This document shows positions 9,295 through 19,552 of a stretch of 64,000 nt of DNA, piece by piece (positions within the stretch are counted from its first letter, which is position 1; each line of letters opens with the position of its first letter). The notes under the pieces are model-generated. The model was not told where the DNA came from, made no database searches, and saw only the letters and a list, made by a program, of their open reading frames with translations. Both the position numbers and the translations under genes were made by a program. The stretch lies in contig JAXJUL010000027.1 in assembly GCA_036309085.1 (NCBI GenBank), positions 1,408 to 65,407 of the forward strand. The letters run 5' to 3'. Source of the stretch: Schaedlerella sp. (GTDB lineage: Bacteria > Bacillota > Clostridia > Lachnospirales > Lachnospiraceae).

Positions 9295-10416
9295 ATGAAG
9301 AAACTAAATGGGTTTAGTATTGTAATAGCGACAAAGGGCAGGGTAAAACTTTTAGGAGATCTGCTTGAGAGTGTATACATTGCCAGACAAAATTTCGATG
9401 GAGAGAGCGAAGTAATTCTGGTTGATGACAGCAACGAAAATGATGTTAAAGAAATTGAAAAACTTTGTGAAAAATACGATGCGAGAAGAATTTATTTTTC
9501 ACCTTCTGTTGCAGAAAAGAGAAATGTAGGAGCAAGAGCAGGAAAATACGATATCATCTTGTTCCTTGATTCTGATTGTATTGCAACACCGAATCTGTTG
9601 AATGAACATTATAAATTATATACAGAGGAACGAGTAGGAGGAGTTGCCGGTCTTTTAGAATTCGTGGGAGAAGATACATGGTTTTGGGAAGCAGTGAATA
9701 AATCTCCATTCGTCGTATGTTTTGGTCTTCCAAGATGGCTTCCGGAAGTGCCTTGGACACCAACAGCAAACTGTTCTGTGAGAAAAGAAGTTTTTGAAAA
9801 AGTTGGAGGATTTGATAAGAGATTTCCAAATAAACCAGGCGGAGAAGATGTAGACCTTGGACTTTGTATTACAAAGAAAGGTTATACATTCAAGTGTACA
9901 AAAGATGGACTGGTTTATCATAGTAAGAAAACATGGATTCCAGTGAAGGCAATGTTTAAAAGACTTTGGCATTATGGTGCGGCTAATTATTATCTGATGG
10001 ACAAGCATGAAGATTATGTAATGGGAATACTTCCAAGAAAATTGACGGTATTTTTCATTGTATTTTTGTTTATGGTTGCAAATGCAGTGGTATTTAAAAA
10101 TCCATTGATTCTGCTTTTGTATCCGCTGTGGCTGATTTTTGATACAGCAATGATGTCCCTCTTTTTTAATCATTTTGCAAAATATAAAAGTACATCTTTT
10201 CTGCATCAGTTCGTGGTACAGTTACTGATTTTGACAAATGAAGCGGGATTTTTCTGGAAATGTATGAGAAAAGGAAAGCCATCTTATATCAACAAAGATA
10301 TCGTATATTTCCAGGGACAGATGGAAGGAATCTTACATAATGGAATGATTACAACATGGTCAAATATAACAAGTATTTTCTGCCTGATTGCGGCAGTTTT
10401 GCTGATTTTTGCGTAA
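9295..10416 (+). CDS. Glycosyltransferase family 2 with C-terminal membrane helices (paralogue of 8165-9277)
   Basis: FSIVIATKGR, LVDD, RNVG, ILFLDSDC, GGEDVDL; GAGGAG RBS before ATG 9295. Confidence 0.9.
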   Translation: MKKLNGFSIVIATKGRVKLLGDLLESVYIARQNFDGESEVILVDDSNENDVKEIEKLCEKYDARRIYFSPSVAEKRNVGARAGKYDIILFLDSDCIATPNLLNEHYKLYTEERVGGVAGLLEFVGEDTWFWEAVNKSPFVVCFGLPRWLPEVPWTPTANCSVRKEVFEKVGGFDKRFPNKPGGEDVDLGLCITKKGYTFKCTKDGLVYHSKKTWIPVKAMFKRLWHYGAANYYLMDKHEDYVMGILPRKLTVFFIVFLFMVANAVVFKNPLILLLYPLWLIFDTAMMSLFFNHFAKYKSTSFLHQFVVQLLILTNEAGFFWKCMRKGKPSYINKDIVYFQGQMEGILHNGMITTWSNITSIFCLIAAVLLIFA

Positions 10417-10435
10417 TAGAGCTGTGGGGGATAAT

Positions 10436-11614
10436 ATGTACGAAAAGGAATTGGGACAATTAAAAAAACTATATGAAAATGGTTTATATAAAGCAAATTT
10501 TTATTCCAGAAAGATAAAAGATGCGAGTGTATTTGAAAGTTACGAAAAATTTCAGGAAATTCCATTTACTTATAAACCGGAAATCAGAGAGTCTGGCATC
10601 ATGGAGCGCACAGCTACAGAGATGAAAGATATTTATGGAGTATTTTCAAGCAGTGGGACAACAGGAAATAAAACATTTTATATCTACAATAAAAATGATA
10701 AAAAAGTACACGAGGAATTTGTAAAAGAATTTTTGGGAAGAATTGGAATCAATGAGAATGATCTTGGTGGAATCATGGCACCAGTAGATACTGGCGTCAT
10801 GGCACACACAATGATGTGGGAATTTACAACAATGGGAGCAGGATATGTAAATTGTCCAGAACCATCTCCGGAAAATATTGTGGATGTGATCACAAAGGTG
10901 CCTGTGACAGCAATTGCTACAAGACCCAATGTTGTTTCCAACGTTGTGTACAATCCTGAAACGGCAAGGGCAGCAAAAGAGTCTACTGTAAAAAAACTTC
11001 TGCTTGGAGGTGGATTTCTTTCGAAAGAGAGAAGAAAACTTCTGGAAGAGACGTGGGATGCCGACTGCTATAATATGTTTGGGATGAGTGAAATGTTCGG
11101 ACCAATGGCCGGAGAATGTCCGATGAAAAACGGACTTCATTTTTTAAATCAGTATCTGATGATCGAATTGGTGGATCCGATAACTTTACAGCCAGTAAAA
11201 GAAGGAGAGGTTGGAATTGCAATTTATACAACACTCTGGGAAAAAGGATTTCCACTGCTCCGATATTGGACGGATGATATGATGAAGATTACATACGAAT
11301 CATGTGAGTGTGGAAGTGTTTATCCAAGGCTGTATTATCTTGGAAGACTTGCAGATTATATTGATATGAATGGAAAATATATTTTCCCGGAAATGGTAGA
11401 GAATGTATTATTTTCACATGGATTTTATGGGGATTATAAGATTTATAAAGAGAATGATGAGATTGTAATAAAGACAGAGAGCATGGAAGCACAGATTTCA
11501 GCAAAGCTTCAGACAGAGATGAATCAGTTGTTTGAACAGGAAGTGACGTTGGAAATTGTAATGCCTCGAAGTCTTGGCTACAGTGGTCACGGGAACCGTA
11601 TTGAAAAGAATTAA
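10436..11614 (+). CDS. Phenylacetate-CoA ligase (PaaK/CapK)-like adenylate-forming enzyme
   Basis: IPFTYK, SSSGTTGNK P-loop, FGMSEMFGP, PLLRYWTDD, CECGS, GRLAD. Confidence 0.87.
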   Translation: MYEKELGQLKKLYENGLYKANFYSRKIKDASVFESYEKFQEIPFTYKPEIRESGIMERTATEMKDIYGVFSSSGTTGNKTFYIYNKNDKKVHEEFVKEFLGRIGINENDLGGIMAPVDTGVMAHTMMWEFTTMGAGYVNCPEPSPENIVDVITKVPVTAIATRPNVVSNVVYNPETARAAKESTVKKLLLGGGFLSKERRKLLEETWDADCYNMFGMSEMFGPMAGECPMKNGLHFLNQYLMIELVDPITLQPVKEGEVGIAIYTTLWEKGFPLLRYWTDDMMKITYESCECGSVYPRLYYLGRLADYIDMNGKYIFPEMVENVLFSHGFYGDYKIYKENDEIVIKTESMEAQISAKLQTEMNQLFEQEVTLEIVMPRSLGYSGHGNRIEKN

Positions 11615-11641
11615 TCTTCTGTGAAAGATAAGGAGAAGAAC

Positions 11642-12478
11642 ATGAAAGCTGAAGTATTGGCTCCGGTAGGAAGATTAGAGGATTTACAGCTTATGATAGA
11701 TTCAGGGGCAGATGCGGTATATGTGGGGCTGAGAAGTTTCAGTTCCAGACCAAGTCTGGTTGATCTGGATGTGGGAGAAATCCTGCAGGCGGCAGAAGTC
11801 TGCCATCAGCAGGGTGTAAAAATTTATGTTGCGATTAATGCATTTGTCGGTGAAAGTCAGATGGCTGAACTGAAAGAAAAATTGTTTGCACTGGATGAAG
11901 GAAAAGTAGATGCATTGATTTTATCCGAGGTTGGTCTGATTGCGGATATTATCGGAAAACTCAAATATTCAGTTATCCATGCGAGCACTCTTCTTGGTGC
12001 GTATAATTTGCGAACAGTGAGAATTTTAAAAGATCTTGGAGTAAAGAGGATTATTTTTTACGCAAATCTGTATTTGGATGAAATGGCACTGATCATGAAT
12101 GCAGAGCCAAATTTGGAGTACGAACTGGTAGCTGAGGGCGGAACTTGTTTCAATGATATCCGCCAGTGCTGTCTTCCACATACATTTGTCGATGGAGAAC
12201 ATAGACTTTTTTGCAGGGAGGAATATGAACTGGCGGAAGGGGATACAAGAAGAAAGGCAAAGGCAATTGCAGAGTATCCGGTTCGCAGTGCAGAGATTGC
12301 AGGAATGTATATGGCAATGGGAATTCAGTCATTCAAGATAGAGGGAAGAACGGTAGAAGGAAAATATCGTACAGAGATTGTAAAACGTGTTCGAAAATAT
12401 GTGGATGAATATGAAGAAATTCCTGCTAAAAAAGCGTATCTTCACTATGTTTCAAGACTGAATCGGGAAAGTATGTAA
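11642..12478 (+). CDS. U32-family Fe-S protein, UbiU-like
   Basis: EVLAPVG, GADAVYVG, VDALI, IHAST, GGTCFNDIRQCC...FC, FKIEGR. Confidence 0.85.
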   Translation: MKAEVLAPVGRLEDLQLMIDSGADAVYVGLRSFSSRPSLVDLDVGEILQAAEVCHQQGVKIYVAINAFVGESQMAELKEKLFALDEGKVDALILSEVGLIADIIGKLKYSVIHASTLLGAYNLRTVRILKDLGVKRIIFYANLYLDEMALIMNAEPNLEYELVAEGGTCFNDIRQCCLPHTFVDGEHRLFCREEYELAEGDTRRKAKAIAEYPVRSAEIAGMYMAMGIQSFKIEGRTVEGKYRTEIVKRVRKYVDEYEEIPAKKAYLHYVSRLNRESM

Positions 12479-12491
12479 GGGGTTTGTAGAG

Positions 12492-13241
12492 ATGATTATT
12501 GGTATAGAAGTTTATGACAGAGATGTCATTCGGAAAATATGTGAACATCCCCAGATAGATGGAGTGGTTATCGGAGATCTTTATTGCCAGAAGCGTATGT
12601 TTGAAAATGGAATATATGATATGTTTGCATATATCGATATTTTGAAATCCTGTGGGGAAAAAGTGATTTTTCAGACCCCGCGTTATATTACAGACCGGAA
12701 TATGGAAGAGGAGATTGAAAAAGTAAGATTTCTGGTAGAAAATAAGCAGATTGATGCAGTAATCGTACAAGATATTGGTGTTGCAGCGGAGATTGCAGAG
12801 ATTCTTCCAGACTTGGAATTAATCTGGGGAAAAATGGGGTATAACCGAAATCCGGTAGCGAACAGAAGTTTTTTCGAATTTCTGAAACAGTATCGTGTGT
12901 ATTCTGTTGAGACAGCAGATCCAAAACGCAAACAAGTATTTCAGGCAATGGGACTGAATGTTTATACAATGGTAGGGGATTTGAAATATCAGTCTGTAAA
13001 CAGAGAATGTTATTATCTGTATCAGAATGATATTTTCGATAAGAAATGTGATCGTGGGTGTTTGAAAAGAAAGCAGGAACTGGTACAGGTAAATGGAAGA
13101 ATACAAATGACTGTCGATGGTTATATGCTGGGACGAAGATATGATTATAGCAGAATGCCGGAATCAGAAGATGAATGGAAAAACAGTATTCTTTACGGAA
13201 GAGATTATAAAGAAATTTTACAATACATAAAAATTTCTTAG
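12492..13241 (+). CDS. U32-family Fe-S protein, UbiV-like
   Basis: VVIGDLYCQKR, VIVQDIG, SVNRECYY...KKCDRGC: one N-terminal plus three C-terminal Cys as in UbiV; directly follows the UbiU-like gene. Confidence 0.7.
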   Translation: MIIGIEVYDRDVIRKICEHPQIDGVVIGDLYCQKRMFENGIYDMFAYIDILKSCGEKVIFQTPRYITDRNMEEEIEKVRFLVENKQIDAVIVQDIGVAAEIAEILPDLELIWGKMGYNRNPVANRSFFEFLKQYRVYSVETADPKRKQVFQAMGLNVYTMVGDLKYQSVNRECYYLYQNDIFDKKCDRGCLKRKQELVQVNGRIQMTVDGYMLGRRYDYSRMPESEDEWKNSILYGRDYKEILQYIKIS

Positions 13242-13255
13242 AGCAGGAGGCGTGC

Positions 13256-14788
13256 ATGAACGTTTTAGCTTTGATTGAACAGTATAACAGAATGGGGTTT
13301 GAAAAGACACAGCCTAAAGAATCTGTTACATATATAAATGGTGTAATGGATATAAAAGATAAATATCAGAGAGGAACGAGGCTGATATTGGACAGTGATC
13401 TTGTGTATAAAATGGCAGACGACATGAGTGTGTTGGATCTTGTTCATGCGGATGATATTTTTATCTATGTTCAGGACAGAATTGTCAGCATTAATGATGA
13501 AGAAAATCTGCTTACCTTAAAAGATGCTCTTCACAAAGAGAAAAGATGGCTTGCTGTTAAGAAGATTAATCAGGTGCTTCTGAATATTGATTTTTTGAAA
13601 AAGCGTGCAAAACAATATGGAAAACCATCGTATATTCAGTTGGAAACTTCCAGTTACTGCAATGCCCAGTGTATTATGTGCAGCCATTATTATACACATA
13701 ATAAAGGTGCGAAACATTTGAAAAAGGAAATGATCTATCATCTGGCTGATGAGATGGTGAATTGTAATACGGTCTCATTGAACGGGATGGGAGAACCATT
13801 TTTGCATCCGGATATTTGCGAATTAATCGATCAATACGCACAGTATGGGGCACAGATGGCAACAAATACGAATCTCACTGTTGTAAATGAAAAGATTATG
13901 AAGCAGATTCGGGATCATTTTGCATGGATTGAGATCTCCTGTGATGGGGCAGATGATTATGTTTATAATGGAATCCGTAAAAATCTTTCTTTTCAGAAAT
14001 TTAAAGAGAATTTGAAAAAACTGAAAGAGGAATGTCCAAATATTAGAAAACATCTGACGATGGTTGTTATGAGACAGAATGTTCATCATATGGAGGAAAT
14101 TATTGAGATTGCAGCGGAACATGGAATTGCACAGGTTTCCTTTAGTAACATGTGGCCGAATATGATCATTGGAAATGCAAAAGATGTGATGACAAATTAT
14201 CCAGATGTATTGCGGTATTTTACACAGAGAGCCTATGAAAAAGGGAAAGCATGTGGATTAGAAGTAAGCATTGCGATTGATCTTGGAGAGCCGCTTGCAT
14301 GGGAAGATGTGAAAGATGAATTCGAGGCGATGAAGTCGGAGGAGGATTTCAAAAATGAAAAAGAAATCAATGAGATGATTCGTATTTCGGAAATTGTTGA
14401 GGAATACAAGGAAGAACATTCTATTCTGGAAAAAGAGGCAAAACCTTCCAATGTAAGATGTAGTGGAATTTGTGACTGGATTTTAGAAAGAGTTTACATA
14501 GATCTCGAAGGAAATACCTGTATGTGTTGCAGCAAGCAGTTGTTCAGAACAGGAAGTGTGGATAAGAATACTTCTCTTAGTGAAGTGTGGAACGGAGAAT
14601 ATTATAAGAAGCTGAGGGAAATGTTCTATGCAGGAGTGCTTCCAGAAAGCTGTCTTGGATGTGGTCTTATTGAAAATCATAAGCTGGATCACTTAAGAGT
14701 TCCGGATATGAAACATTTTCATGAAGAGGCTGCTTTCAGAGCTGAAAAAAGAAAATTATTGAACGATTTGATAGAAGAGAAAATTTAA
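13256..14788 (+). CDS. Radical SAM/SPASM-twitch protein (paralogue 1)
   Basis: YIQLETSSYCNAQCIMCSH, LNGMGEPFL, ISCDGA, VMRQN, GICDW, CMCC, WNGEYY, CLGC. Confidence 0.92.
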   Translation: MNVLALIEQYNRMGFEKTQPKESVTYINGVMDIKDKYQRGTRLILDSDLVYKMADDMSVLDLVHADDIFIYVQDRIVSINDEENLLTLKDALHKEKRWLAVKKINQVLLNIDFLKKRAKQYGKPSYIQLETSSYCNAQCIMCSHYYTHNKGAKHLKKEMIYHLADEMVNCNTVSLNGMGEPFLHPDICELIDQYAQYGAQMATNTNLTVVNEKIMKQIRDHFAWIEISCDGADDYVYNGIRKNLSFQKFKENLKKLKEECPNIRKHLTMVVMRQNVHHMEEIIEIAAEHGIAQVSFSNMWPNMIIGNAKDVMTNYPDVLRYFTQRAYEKGKACGLEVSIAIDLGEPLAWEDVKDEFEAMKSEEDFKNEKEINEMIRISEIVEEYKEEHSILEKEAKPSNVRCSGICDWILERVYIDLEGNTCMCCSKQLFRTGSVDKNTSLSEVWNGEYYKKLREMFYAGVLPESCLGCGLIENHKLDHLRVPDMKHFHEEAAFRAEKRKLLNDLIEEKI

Positions 14789-14791
14789 AGT

Positions 14792-16183
14792 ATGAACGAG
14801 AAGATTTGGTGCAGAGATGACGAACTGCAGGAGATTGAAAAATTTTTGGCAGATGAAAAAATGGACGAAGATCTTTATATTTTGTCATGGACAGAGCGAG
14901 ACAGGTTCCGTGAAAATTACAGGGAACTAAAAGGAAAAAAGATTTGGTTCTGGATACGTGGGACAATAATACATGGAACGGATGAATTAAAAGATCATAT
15001 CCAAAAAGGAATCCATAACAAACAGTGGCAGTTTGTGAAAAATGTGAATGATGTTCTTAGGGAATATGATCTAATCGAGCAAAATTCAGAATTACACTGT
15101 TATCCATCGGAGGTTCAGATTGAAAGTACAAATATCTGTAATGCAAGGTGTATTATGTGCAGCCATAGTTATGATAAAAATCACAATGGTGGAGTAATTG
15201 GAGAAGCATTTCTGGAAAATATGATAGAAATTCTTCCATTTTTACGGATGGTGTACCTGCATGGAAATGGAGAACCGTTTTTGAATCCAGCACTACCTAA
15301 GATGATCAAAGCGATGGCACAGTATGAGATTCGGTTTATGACGAATACCAACCTTTCGATTCTTACGGATGAGATTTTGGAATGCATACAGAAATATTTT
15401 ACAGAGATTAATATTTCTTGTGATGGAGCAGTAAAAGAAACATTTGAAGAGATTCGTTGTAATCTAAATTTTGAAAAATTCTGTGCAAACTGTAGGTCAC
15501 TGAGGGAAAGCTGTCCAAATCTTTATATGACGATGGCAGCAGTTTCTATGCGGCAGAATGTGGAAGAACTTCCACAGATGGTGGAACTTGCAAAAGAACT
15601 GGGATTTCAAAAAATTGTATTTTCGCAGCTTTGTCCCGATGTTAAAATTGGGAATCAGTATGATGCATTGGAACATTATCCGAATGTGGCTCTTTATTAT
15701 TACAAAGAAGCATTGGAACGAGGCAAAGAGCTGGGGATAGAAGTAGTTGTTCCAGGAACGGTAGAATATCAGAAGTTTGCTCCAGAATTATTTGAAAAAG
15801 AAAAGCTGCAGCTAAGATCAAGCAGAAGTTTTGAAAAGACAGGAGATGTTTTAGAACGTAAGGAGACTGTGACTCGAAAAGATGAAAGTAAGGTCTGTGG
15901 AGTCTGTGACTGGGTGATCAAACGTCCATATATCAATATCAATCAGTTTGTGAATTTGTGTTGTATCAGTCAGATGAAGAATATGGGAAATCTTAAAGAA
16001 CAGTCTTTTGCAGAAATCTGGAACGGAGAAAGGTATCAGAGTATTCGTAAGAAATTTCAAGGCGGAGAACTTCCATGGGAATGCGAAGGCTGTGAATTTC
16101 TGCTTCAAAATGCATTGGAACATTTAAAAACAACAGAACAATACATGAGCCAGTTTGAATATAGAAAGGAACGAAAAGAATGA
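14792..16183 (+). CDS. Radical SAM/SPASM-twitch protein (paralogue 2)
   Basis: VQIESTNICNARCIMCSH, LHGNGEPFL, ISCDGA, SMRQN, GVCDW, LCC, WNGERY, CEGC. Confidence 0.92.
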   Translation: MNEKIWCRDDELQEIEKFLADEKMDEDLYILSWTERDRFRENYRELKGKKIWFWIRGTIIHGTDELKDHIQKGIHNKQWQFVKNVNDVLREYDLIEQNSELHCYPSEVQIESTNICNARCIMCSHSYDKNHNGGVIGEAFLENMIEILPFLRMVYLHGNGEPFLNPALPKMIKAMAQYEIRFMTNTNLSILTDEILECIQKYFTEINISCDGAVKETFEEIRCNLNFEKFCANCRSLRESCPNLYMTMAAVSMRQNVEELPQMVELAKELGFQKIVFSQLCPDVKIGNQYDALEHYPNVALYYYKEALERGKELGIEVVVPGTVEYQKFAPELFEKEKLQLRSSRSFEKTGDVLERKETVTRKDESKVCGVCDWVIKRPYININQFVNLCCISQMKNMGNLKEQSFAEIWNGERYQSIRKKFQGGELPWECEGCEFLLQNALEHLKTTEQYMSQFEYRKERKE

Positions 16184-17040
16184 AAATATCAGTAGTAATT
16201 CCGGTATATAATGAGGAGGCGCTTATTGCGGATTGCCTTCAATCGATTACTGACAATACAGTGCAGCCTTTTGAAATAATTGTCGCAGATGGCGGTTCTA
16301 CAGATCGCACTGTAGAGATTGCAGAAACATTTTCGGGGGTAAAGGTAATTGATAATCCCGGAAAGACTGCGGCAGCAGGAAGAAACAGGGGGATTTTGGC
16401 GGCAAGGGGAGAGGTCGTTGCATTTACAGATGGAGACTGTATTGTGGATGAGCATTGGATTGAGGCGATCCAGACTGCATTTGAGACGTATGACATTGAC
16501 GGAATGGGCGGAAAAGTCGTTCCGGCAAAGAGCCGCAATGAGATTGAAGAATATTGGGGAAATCTTGCATGGAGACTTATTATGAATTTTGGTGATGAAG
16601 GCTATGAAGTTACAGAGAAGAAACTGAACGATGCCTTTGTCACAGCAAACTGTGCTTATAAGAGAAGACTTTTGCATGAGATTAAAGGTTTTAACAAATG
16701 GTTTGCAAATAATGCAGAAGATGTGGATATCTGCTGGCGAGCGCTTGAGCATGGTGGAAAACTCCGTTATGTTCCGGAGGCTGTCATTGATGCCTATGGT
16801 GTAACAGATGTCAAAGGCGTCATGAAAAAAAGTTTCCGAAACGGAGTTTCAAGCAGTAAACTACAGAAAGTATATGGAACAAAGGTGAATTATGACTGGG
16901 CAATTTATAAAATGTGGTGGGCAAATCTTAAAGGTGTGTTCAAAAAAGAAAAGAATGCCTGGCTGAATCTGATTGAGCTGACTTTCCATCTTTTGGGCAA
17001 ATACTATGGAAGTGTGATTGCCGGAGTTATTAACATTTAA
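16180..17040 (+). CDS. Glycosyltransferase family 2 (soluble)
   Basis: ISVVIPVYNEE, VADGGSTD, GRNRG, FTDGDC, AEDVD. Confidence 0.92.
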   Translation: MKISVVIPVYNEEALIADCLQSITDNTVQPFEIIVADGGSTDRTVEIAETFSGVKVIDNPGKTAAAGRNRGILAARGEVVAFTDGDCIVDEHWIEAIQTAFETYDIDGMGGKVVPAKSRNEIEEYWGNLAWRLIMNFGDEGYEVTEKKLNDAFVTANCAYKRRLLHEIKGFNKWFANNAEDVDICWRALEHGGKLRYVPEAVIDAYGVTDVKGVMKKSFRNGVSSSKLQKVYGTKVNYDWAIYKMWWANLKGVFKKEKNAWLNLIELTFHLLGKYYGSVIAGVINI

Positions 17041-17063
17041 AAAGCAGGACGAGGGATTTTCTT

Positions 17064-18203
17064 ATGCAGAATAAGTGGAAAGAAGTGAAGTTAAAAAATG
17101 TAGAAAAAATCCAGTCTTACCGACGAAGTGAGGATGGACGTGTAGATTTTTATCCGAGATATATCCAGTTGGAACATACAAACCGCTGTAATGCCCAGTG
17201 TATTATGTGTAATCATTTTTATCTGGAAAATAAAGGCGCGTCAGATATTTCTGAGGAAATCATCCAAAAAGTAGAACCAGTGCTTCCATATTGTCAGGTG
17301 CTGATGCTGAATGGGGACGGAGAGCCCTTTCTCTGTAAGAATATTGAAAATTACATAGAACTTTATCGCAAATATGGAGTCAGGGTTTCTACAAATACGA
17401 ATTTTGGTCATATTCCGGAAAAACTGTGGTCCTTGTTTGAAGATGGATTTGATCTTTTGAATATTTCCTGCGACGGAGCAAAGAAAAAGACCTTTGAATA
17501 TATACGAAAAGGATTGGATTTTGACAGATTTTGTAACAATCTGGACAGACTGAATGAAACAGCGCCGGTTCTTCGTAAACATCTGGATTGTGTAGTCATG
17601 AGACAAAATATACAGGAAGTGACAGAGATTGTGGATTTTGCGAAGGAAAGAGGATTTGAAAAGGTGAAATTCCACATGCTTGGTGTGAATCCCTGTATTG
17701 GAAATCAAAGAGACAGTGCAAGAGAATTTCTGAATCTGGCAGTTTATCATATGAGTCTTGCAAAAGAAGAGGCAGAGAAAATCGGAATTGCGATAGAGGT
17801 TCCAGAGGAACTGAACAGGCTGGATTTATTACAGATTCCGCAGAATGAATTTGATGATGGAATGAGTCTCGACAGGGAAGAGAAAAAACGTCATGTGCAG
17901 AAATATTTCGGTGATCAGAGTCTGAACTGTGATTATTTGAAAAACAAGGCATCGCAGGAGATGGTGGAAAATGCGTCTTTTTGTGCAGGGAAAATCTGTC
18001 AGTGGGCGGTGGAGCGATGTTATATCGATCTGAACGGAAATGTAACAACCTGCTGTTATAATACAAGATATCATTTTGGGAATCTGAAGGAGCAGAGTTT
18101 TGAAGAAATCTGGAATGGAGAACTGTACCGTGCGTTTCGAAGATCTATGGCAGAAGGCCGACTGCCGTACTGGTGCAGAGAATGTAATTGGCTAAGAGAG
18201 TAA
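17064..18203 (+). CDS. Radical SAM/SPASM-twitch protein (paralogue 3, short N-terminus)
   Basis: YIQLEHTNRCNAQCIMCNH, LNGDGEPFL, ISCDGA, VMRQN, KICQW, TCC, WNGELY, CREC. Confidence 0.92.
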   Translation: MQNKWKEVKLKNVEKIQSYRRSEDGRVDFYPRYIQLEHTNRCNAQCIMCNHFYLENKGASDISEEIIQKVEPVLPYCQVLMLNGDGEPFLCKNIENYIELYRKYGVRVSTNTNFGHIPEKLWSLFEDGFDLLNISCDGAKKKTFEYIRKGLDFDRFCNNLDRLNETAPVLRKHLDCVVMRQNIQEVTEIVDFAKERGFEKVKFHMLGVNPCIGNQRDSAREFLNLAVYHMSLAKEEAEKIGIAIEVPEELNRLDLLQIPQNEFDDGMSLDREEKKRHVQKYFGDQSLNCDYLKNKASQEMVENASFCAGKICQWAVERCYIDLNGNVTTCCYNTRYHFGNLKEQSFEEIWNGELYRAFRRSMAEGRLPYWCRECNWLRE

Positions 18204-18217
18204 GTTGAGGGCAACAG

Positions 18218-19552
18218 ATGAAAATTGTAGTGATAGGAACAGGCTATGTAGGACTTGTAACTGGTGTATGCTTTGCGGAAATGGGGAATAAGGTTGTCTG
18301 CGTAGATGTGAATCAGAGAAAAATAGAGATGTTAAATCAGGGAATGGTTCCAATTTATGAACCGACTCTGGAAAAAATCATGAAAGATAATGTGGAGGCA
18401 GGAAGGCTTCGATTTGAAGGAAGTTACGAATGCCTAAAAGAAAAAACAGATTTATGCTTTATAGCGGTTGGAACGCCGATGTCTGAGACCGGAGAAGCGA
18501 ATCTTCAATATGTAGAAGAGGCGGCGAAGATGATTGGGAAAATGCTGGAAGAACCAGCAGTGATCGTCAATAAATCTACAGTGCCGGTAAATACAGGGGC
18601 AAAAGTAGAGATGTTGATTAATGGCTGTCTGCGAGAAAGAGGGAAAGATTTTACAATTGATGTGGCATCAAATCCAGAGTTTTTAAGAGAAGGTTCTGCA
18701 GTGACAGACTGTCTTCATCCGGACAGGATAGTTGCAGGAGTGGAAAAAGAAGAATTAAAACCCATTTTCCGGGAACTTTATCGTAATTTTATGGAGGATG
18801 ACAGAAACCTGATTTTTATGGACAGAAAAAGTGCAGAGATGACAAAGTATGCAGCAAACTGTATGCTGGCAACAAAGATTTCATTCATCAATCAGATTGC
18901 CAATCTCTGTGAATTTACTGGTGCTGACATCAATCTGGTGAAGAAGGGAATCGGAACAGATTCCAGAATCGGAAGTCACTTTATAAATCCGGGATGCGGA
19001 TACGGAGGAAGCTGTTTTCCAAAAGATATTCAGGCGTTGATTGCGCTTGGAGAAAATCTGGGATGTAATGTGGACATGCTTCAGGAAGTGCGCAACACAA
19101 ATGAACGTCAGAAACATTTGCTGGCACAAAAAGCGCTCCGAAGATTCGATGGTAATCTTGAAGGAAAGACATTTGGAATCTGGGGGCTTGCATTTAAGCC
19201 AAATACAGATGATATGAGGGATGCAAGTGCAATTGTTGTAGTAAATGACCTTTTGAAACATGGTGCCAGAGTAAAAGTGTATGATCCAAAAGCGATGAAC
19301 GAAGCACAGAATTTTTATTTTAAAGGTCTGGAAGATATTACTTATTGTGAAGATAAAATGGACGTAATTGAAGAAATTGATGCACTTTTCATTCTGACAG
19401 AATGGAAACAGTTCCTTCAACCGGATTTTGATGAGATGAAGGCAAAGATGAATCAGCCGGTAATTTTTGATGGACGTAATATTTATAACAGAAACCGATT
19501 GAAAAAATCTGGATTTGAATACTACGAGATAGGGGTAAAAATAGATGAGTAA
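18218..19552 (+). CDS. ugd: UDP-glucose 6-dehydrogenase
   Basis: [47 protein letters not shown]. Confidence 0.95.
   Translation: MKIVVIGTGYVGLVTGVCFAEMGNKVVCVDVNQRKIEMLNQGMVPIYEPTLEKIMKDNVEAGRLRFEGSYECLKEKTDLCFIAVGTPMSETGEANLQYVEEAAKMIGKMLEEPAVIVNKSTVPVNTGAKVEMLINGCLRERGKDFTIDVASNPEFLREGSAVTDCLHPDRIVAGVEKEELKPIFRELYRNFMEDDRNLIFMDRKSAEMTKYAANCMLATKISFINQIANLCEFTGADINLVKKGIGTDSRIGSHFINPGCGYGGSCFPKDIQALIALGENLGCNVDMLQEVRNTNERQKHLLAQKALRRFDGNLEGKTFGIWGLAFKPNTDDMRDASAIVVVNDLLKHGARVKVYDPKAMNEAQNFYFKGLEDITYCEDKMDVIEEIDALFILTEWKQFLQPDFDEMKAKMNQPVIFDGRNIYNRNRLKKSGFEYYEIGVKIDE

Noticed and set aside
11642..13241. Collagenase/protease annotation for the U32 genes
   Set aside because: Characterised U32 members with these Cys motifs are Fe-S hydroxylation proteins; no secretion signal; context is biosynthetic
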